21,460 bases of DNA, taken from Myxococcota bacterium. GTDB taxonomy: Bacteria; Myxococcota; XYA12-FULL-58-9; JALHOP01. The stretch lies in the NCBI GenBank assembly GCA_041288095.1, contig JBGGMJ010000050.1:1-21460 (forward strand). Reading direction: 5' to 3'. The translations under genes and the position numbers were made by a program. How positions within the stretch are numbered: position 1 is the first letter of the stretch; each line of letters opens with the position of its first letter. Below the pieces are notes generated by a model. The model worked only from the letters and a program-made list of their open reading frames with translations, had not been told where the DNA came from and searched no databases. Below are positions 16,530 through 21,460 of the stretch, in pieces.

Positions 16530-17306
16530 CTAGAACGAAAGCTCGGCGAAGGCCTGATGATTGTGAATGCTCTCGTCGTTCACCGCGGCGATCGTCCCCG
16601 AGCGCACGCGCGCATCGCCGCGCAAGCGCACCGCGACCGCACGCACCATGTCCTCGACGAACATCGGCGTCTCGTAGGCACGCATGGTGACGAGGCGTTC
16701 GTCGGGCCGCTTCAAGATGCTGTAGACGGGTGACGAGCCGCTCGACTCGGCGATGGCGACCAGCTCTTCGATGCTGACCGTGCCGTCGTGAGTCGCCTCG
16801 ATGGTGATGACGCCGCGCTGGTTGTGGGCGCCGTAGTCACTGATCGCCTTGCTGCATGGGCACAAGCTGGTGACCGGCACCTCGACGCGGGTCGCGACGC
16901 GCGTTTCACCGCCGGACACCGTGCAGGCCAATGCTCCGCGATAGTCGACGAAGCCGCGCGCCTTGGTCGCTGGAGCTTCACGCGCCAACACGAAGGTGAA
17001 GGCCGCTTCGACGGACACCTTGTCGGCGGCGAGGCGCTTCTGGACGTCGCGCGCGAGAGTGACGATCGATGACGGCGACAGCGGCGTCTCGAGCGCCCCG
17101 GCCGCCTCGATGAAGCGGCTCATGTGTGTGCCTTTGACGCTGGCGGGGAGAGCGCAGCTCATCGCCAGGCGCGCGAGGACGGGCTGAGCTCCGGAGGCGC
17201 CGGTGTCCAGCTTGAAAGGGTGGGTGAGCCCCTTGATGCCGGCGGCGTCGAGTGCGATGTCGCGCCCATCCGGCCGGCCCTGTACGTCTTCGATCACGTC
17301 TTTCAT
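16530..17306 (-). CDS. folE2: GTP cyclohydrolase IB
   Basis: EDVQ...GIKGL, KGTHMSRF, TSLCPCSK, GAHNQR, LKRPDE, FVEDMVR, ESIHNH. Start ATG 17306 preferred (alternative 17348). Confidence 0.93.
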   Translation of the reverse strand: MKDVIEDVQGRPDGRDIALDAAGIKGLTHPFKLDTGASGAQPVLARLAMSCALPASVKGTHMSRFIEAAGALETPLSPSSIVTLARDVQKRLAADKVSVEAAFTFVLAREAPATKARGFVDYRGALACTVSGGETRVATRVEVPVTSLCPCSKAISDYGAHNQRGVITIEATHDGTVSIEELVAIAESSGSSPVYSILKRPDERLVTMRAYETPMFVEDMVRAVAVRLRGDARVRSGTIAAVNDESIHNHQAFAELSF

Positions 17307-17346
17307 TGACTTCGGGGGCCAGCTAACAGGTTTTTTCGAATCTGTC

Positions 17347-18963
17347 ATGAGCACCGACTGGTCTCGCCGTCGCTTCCTGGCCTGGCTCGGCCGCACCCCC
17401 CCGGCGCTAGCGCTCGCCGCCGGAATGCCGCGTGCCGCCCTGGGCCGCGAGCCCCAGGTCGTCGTCACGGCGCTCGAGTCAACCAGCGCCGATACGCTTT
17501 CGCTCGCGGCCGGGCTCGCCTACCACGTCATCGTCCGTGAAGGTGATGTCATCAACGGTCGCGGCGAGGTCTTCGGCACGGGTAACGACTATCTGGCGTT
17601 CTTTCCGCTCGAGGGCGCGGACGACGGGCTCTTGTGGGTGAACCACGAGTATCCGGTCGAGCTGTTCATGAACGGCAAGTCGCGGGAGCTCCCGAAGACC
17701 AAGGCCGAGGTGGCGCGCGAGCGCATGATGATCGGCGCCAGCATCGTTCGCGTGAAGCGCGACCCGGATAGCAACCGGTGGGCGATGGTGCGTGATGACC
17801 GCTATAACAGGCGTATCACCGCCGAGACGCCCATCCCGCTGGTCGCGCCGCGGCCCATCGCCGGCAGCACGACCGCCATCGGCACGCTCGCGAACTGCGG
17901 TGGCGGGGTGACACACTGGAAGACCGTGCTCACCGCCGAGGAGAACTACGACCTCTTCTACGGCGAGGTCGACTACAAGAGTGGCGATTCCTCGAAGCGC
18001 CTGACCGCGGACAAGCGCCCGCTGCGCTGGCACGAGCACTTCCCGATGCACCCCGAGCACTACGGGTGGATCGTCGAGGTCGACCCTTTCACCGGCGGCG
18101 CCAAGAAGCTCACGGCGCTGGGTCGCTTTGCCCACGAGTGCGCCACCGTGCGCCAGGCCGCCGACGGCCGCTGTGTCGTTTATAGCGGATCCGACGAAAA
18201 GCTCGGCTGCCTGTACAAGTTCATTGCCGATACACCCGGCTCGCTCGAGCGGGGCACGCTCTACGTCGCGAGCTTCGAGGCACGGCGGTGGGTGCCGCTC
18301 GTCTGGAGCGACCAACCGGTGCTGCGCAAGACCTACCGTGACCAGCTCGAGGTTCTCATTCGCGCCCGCGATGCCGGACCTCTGGTGGGCGGCTCGCGGC
18401 TCGACCGCCCCGAGGGCATCGTCGTCGATCCCGCGACCCAAGCCGTGCTGGTTAGCTTCACCAACAACAGCGTCCGCCGCAACTTCCACGGCTCCATCGT
18501 TCGCATCGATGAGACCGGCGGCGATCCGCTGGCGCTGACCTTCGAGCACAGCACGTTCCTCACCGGCGGCAAGGCGACGGGGTTTTCCTGTCCGGATAAT
18601 CTGGTCTTCGATCCCCGCGGCAACTTCTGGTTCACCACCGACGTCTCCGGTGACGAACTGCACGGCGAGACCTACGGTGCCTTCGGCAACAACGGCCTGT
18701 TCTTGGTGCCCGTCCGTGGTCCTGCCGCGGGGATGCCCATGCGCGTCGCCGCCGCACCGGTCGAAGCCGAGCTCACCGGCCCGCTTTTCGTTCGCGACGG
18801 TCGGACCTTGTTGATGTGCGTCCAGCACCCGGGAGAAGAGAGCGCCAGTCTCGACCGGCCGACGAGCCGCTGGCCCGATGGCCCTGGACATCTCCCACGA
18901 TCCGCCGTGGTTGCCGTCGAAGGCAGCCTCTTGGACCACCTCTCGGTACCCCTGGAAGCCTGA
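17347..18963 (+). CDS. phoX: PhoX-family alkaline phosphatase (DUF839) with Tat signal
   Basis: SRRRFL twin-arginine motif; LLWVNHEY, GTLANCGGG, TAEEN, GWIVEVDP, ALGRFAHE, DRPE, CPDN, AELTGP, VQHPGE. Confidence 0.92.
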   Translation: MSTDWSRRRFLAWLGRTPPALALAAGMPRAALGREPQVVVTALESTSADTLSLAAGLAYHVIVREGDVINGRGEVFGTGNDYLAFFPLEGADDGLLWVNHEYPVELFMNGKSRELPKTKAEVARERMMIGASIVRVKRDPDSNRWAMVRDDRYNRRITAETPIPLVAPRPIAGSTTAIGTLANCGGGVTHWKTVLTAEENYDLFYGEVDYKSGDSSKRLTADKRPLRWHEHFPMHPEHYGWIVEVDPFTGGAKKLTALGRFAHECATVRQAADGRCVVYSGSDEKLGCLYKFIADTPGSLERGTLYVASFEARRWVPLVWSDQPVLRKTYRDQLEVLIRARDAGPLVGGSRLDRPEGIVVDPATQAVLVSFTNNSVRRNFHGSIVRIDETGGDPLALTFEHSTFLTGGKATGFSCPDNLVFDPRGNFWFTTDVSGDELHGETYGAFGNNGLFLVPVRGPAAGMPMRVAAAPVEAELTGPLFVRDGRTLLMCVQHPGEESASLDRPTSRWPDGPGHLPRSAVVAVEGSLLDHLSVPLEA

Positions 18964-19026
18964 GCCGGAGGCCAATCCGCCGGGGCGAACCAGTGTTCAG
19001 CAAAATATGGTCAGCCTTGAAATCAC

Positions 19027-19035
19027 TGGTACACT
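19027..19035 (+). promoter_or_regulatory. Putative extended -10 element for the EAL gene
   Basis: TGgTACACT, 37 nt upstream of ATG 19073 in the intergenic region. Confidence 0.35.
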
Positions 19036-19072
19036 GGGTGTTGCACGGCTCGTTTCATCGACCGTCGACCCC

Positions 19073-21337
19073 ATGGCGCGTGGCACTGACATTCCCCCGC
19101 GACCTGAACCGACGGGTGGTCAACTGCAGACGACTCTACCTGACGTCCTTGCCGAGGCTGCGTTGACGACCGAGCTGTATCGGTCAGTCGTCGAGCACGC
19201 CCCCGACGCGATTCTCGTCGTCGAGCACGCTCAGGTCTGCTTCGCGAACACCGCCGCGGCCCGTCTGTTCGGTTGCGGCAGCGGACGCGACCTCGTCGGT
19301 ATGCCGCTATCGCGGCTCATCGACGGTGAGTTCACGAGCGACGTGTACAACCTCCTCGCCGCGAGCACGGATCCCAACAACCGCACGCTGCGCCTCGAGC
19401 GCGACCTGCGGCGCCTCGACGACAGTGTCGTCACGTCCGAGGTGAGCATCGTCTCCATCGAGCTCGGCGGCGCGCCGGCGTTGCACTTGGTGCTGCGCGA
19501 CAACCACGAACGCAAGCTCGAGGCGTTGCTCGAGCGTGACCGCCGCCGCGTCTACGAGATGGTGGCTCACAGCGAGCCGCTGACCATCACGCTCGCGGAG
19601 CTTGCCGGACTCGCCGAGCGCCAGTGCCCCGGCTGCGTCTGCGCCGTCTACCTCGAGGTCGACGCGCGACTCATCTTGTGCGCCGCGCCCAGCATGCATC
19701 CCGATCTCGCCGAGCAGGTGCGTGAGCTCGACATCGGCGCCAACGGCTCTGTCATGGGCATCGCGTCATTCCGTCACGAGACGGCCGTGGTGGTCGACCT
19801 CGACGAAGACGCGGTGCTCGGGCGCATCGCCGGCGACCTGCAGAACCACGACCTACGCGCTTGCTGGGCCATGCCCGTGATCTCGGGACAGGGGGGCCGT
19901 CTCGGCGTCATCGCCTTGTTCTCACGCTCGCGCACCCGGCCAACACCCAGCGAGCATCACGTGCTGACGCTGAGTAGTCACCTCGCCACCATCGCTATCG
20001 ACCATCGCAAGCTCATCGACCAGCTGGCGCACCAGGCGCGCCACGACGTCCTCACCGGTCTACCGAACCGCATGATGTTCGAGGACCGGTTGCAGCAGGG
20101 CCTGGCACAGGCGCGCCGTAACCAGTCGCTCGTCGGCGTGCTCTTCGTGAACCTCGACCGCTTCAACGTCGTCAACGAGTCGCTCGGTCACTCGATGGGT
20201 GATGCGCTATTGCAGAAGATCGCCTTGCGACTCCGCAATCGCATACGCCAGGGCGATACCTTGGCGCGCATGGGTGCCGACGAGTTCACGCTCGTCGCCG
20301 CGGAGCTCAAGCGCCCCGATGACGCGGTGCTGCTCGCGCGCAAGATCCAGGACGCGTTGCGCGAGCCCTTCGAGGTGGCGGGGCACGAGCTCTTCGTCAC
20401 CGCGAGCATCGGCATCAGCGTCTTTCCGCAAGACGGCGACGACGCCGGCACCTTGCATCGCGCGGCCAACGCCGCGGCCCACGAGGCGAAGCTCGCCGGC
20501 GCCAGCTCGTTCCGCTGTTTTACGCACGAGATGAACGCGTCGGCGCAACGCCGCATGCGCATCGAGACCGAGTTGCGCCGCGCCGTCGAGCGTGAGGAGC
20601 TGACGCTCGTCTATCAACCCCAGGTGGAGCTCGCCACCGGCCGCATCGTCGGCTGCGAAGCGCTCGTCCGCTGGCATCACGCGGAGCTCGGCGTCCTGTC
20701 GCCGGTGGAGTTCATTCCCATCGCCGAGGAGACGGGCATCATCCAGGCTCTCGGGGAAAACGTCCTCACCGCCGCGTGCAAGCAGATCCGCGGTTGGCTC
20801 GATCAGAACCTCGTTCCCTTGCCGGTCGCGGTCAACGTCTCGGCGTTGCAGTTCGCTTCACCGGAGTTCGTCAATCGCGTCGCCCGCATCCTGCGCGATG
20901 TCGACTGTCCGCCGGAACTGATCGAGCTCGAGCTCACCGAGACGACCATCATGGGCAACGTCGCCGAATCGCGGGCCCGCGTCGATGCCTTGCGCGACCT
21001 AGGCATCCGCATCTCCATCGACGACTTCGGCACGGGCTACTCGTCGCTCGCGTACCTGCAGCAGCTGCCCATCGATAGCTTGAAGGTCGATCGCTCGTTC
21101 ATCTCGGAGATCAGGGATCTCGACTCGGGCTCCGAGCAGGCGCGCGCGCTGGTGACCACTATCGTCAGCCTCGGCCACTCGCTCGGCGTGCACGTGGTCG
21201 CCGAGGGCATCGAGACCGAGGTGCAGGCGACCTTCCTACGGCAGATCGCCTGTCACCGCGCGCAGGGCTATTACTTCAGCAAGCCGGTCGTCCCCGAAGA
21301 GGTGGTGCGGCACATGCGGGTGCTGACGCTCGCCTGA
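19073..21337 (+). CDS. PAS-GAF-GGDEF-EAL protein, probable c-di-GMP phosphodiesterase
   Basis: PAS (VVEHAPDAI...FANTAAARLFG), GAF (RACWAMPV...LGVIAL), GGDEF-like (HDVLTGLPNR, RMGADEF, TASIGIS), EAL (YQPQV, EALVRW, AVNVS, LELTE, DDFGTGYSSL, LKVDRSF, AEGIET, QGYYFS). Start uncertain (19007 or 19073). Confidence 0.93.
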   Translation: MARGTDIPPRPEPTGGQLQTTLPDVLAEAALTTELYRSVVEHAPDAILVVEHAQVCFANTAAARLFGCGSGRDLVGMPLSRLIDGEFTSDVYNLLAASTDPNNRTLRLERDLRRLDDSVVTSEVSIVSIELGGAPALHLVLRDNHERKLEALLERDRRRVYEMVAHSEPLTITLAELAGLAERQCPGCVCAVYLEVDARLILCAAPSMHPDLAEQVRELDIGANGSVMGIASFRHETAVVVDLDEDAVLGRIAGDLQNHDLRACWAMPVISGQGGRLGVIALFSRSRTRPTPSEHHVLTLSSHLATIAIDHRKLIDQLAHQARHDVLTGLPNRMMFEDRLQQGLAQARRNQSLVGVLFVNLDRFNVVNESLGHSMGDALLQKIALRLRNRIRQGDTLARMGADEFTLVAAELKRPDDAVLLARKIQDALREPFEVAGHELFVTASIGISVFPQDGDDAGTLHRAANAAAHEAKLAGASSFRCFTHEMNASAQRRMRIETELRRAVEREELTLVYQPQVELATGRIVGCEALVRWHHAELGVLSPVEFIPIAEETGIIQALGENVLTAACKQIRGWLDQNLVPLPVAVNVSALQFASPEFVNRVARILRDVDCPPELIELELTETTIMGNVAESRARVDALRDLGIRISIDDFGTGYSSLAYLQQLPIDSLKVDRSFISEIRDLDSGSEQARALVTTIVSLGHSLGVHVVAEGIETEVQATFLRQIACHRAQGYYFSKPVVPEEVVRHMRVLTLA

Positions 21338-21376
21338 AGCCACTTCGTGCCCTCGAAATTTTCTTGGGTGGGTACG

Positions 21377-21460
21377 TCACACCCAACGCTGGCGTTCCTT
21401 CCACTGATTGTGGGAGCGACAGAGCAATTGCATGTTCGCGGGCGTCGTCTCTCCTCCGTC
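21377..21460 (-). CDS. C-terminal fragment of a probable HNH endonuclease (gene enters from the right edge)
   Basis: Manual translation gives ...DGGETTPANMQLLCRSHNQWKERQRWV*, which matches the HNH tail pattern GG-x5-N-x3-LC-x2-HN-x2-K. Confidence 0.72.
   Translation of the reverse strand, partial: DGGETTPANMQLLCRSHNQWKERQRWV

Noticed and set aside
17342..17348. CTGTCAT, a perfect E. coli Pho-box half-site at the phoX start
   Set aside because: Single half-site overlapping the ATG with no partner repeat 11 bp away; likely coincidence.
18878..19072. N-terminal extension of the EAL protein from ATG 18878
   Set aside because: It overlaps the phoX 3' end and shows no domain features; a candidate -10 at 19030-19035 favours a later start.
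1..21460. CRISPR arrays, tRNA/rRNA genes, transposases, integrases, long tandem repeats
   Set aside because: None seen by eye: intergenic gaps are short and show no repeat-spacer periodicity or cloverleaf. Not checked computationally.

Overview
GC-rich bacterial chromosomal segment, densely coding. PilZ, lipoprotein and PAP2 styles suggest Myxococcota/deltaproteobacteria (inference). Left to right: 5' part of a lipoprotein gene (minus, runs off the left edge, not in the ORF track); 503-aa Cys-free helical orphan; ogt; PilZ protein; cold-shock protein with structured UTRs; two convergent alpha/beta hydrolases; PAP2 phosphatase; a same-strand run malQ - GH15 - sppA - sufS - sufE - mscL - outer-membrane beta-barrel; a Cys-rich lipoprotein; folE2 tightly divergent from Tat-exported phoX; a PAS-GAF-GGDEF-EAL protein; and the last 27 residues of a probable HNH endonuclease entering from the right edge (also not in the ORF track). 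I saw no CRISPR array, tRNA, rRNA or transposase. Most of the window is housekeeping-type content, and I cannot demonstrate a complete novel system. The best leads are the edge HNH gene with a hairpin over its stop, two signal-less proteins with effector-like N-termini, an SppA with apparently inverted topology, a degenerate GGDEF domain with an intact I-site, and recurrent -10 boxes close to start codons (possible leaderless mRNAs).
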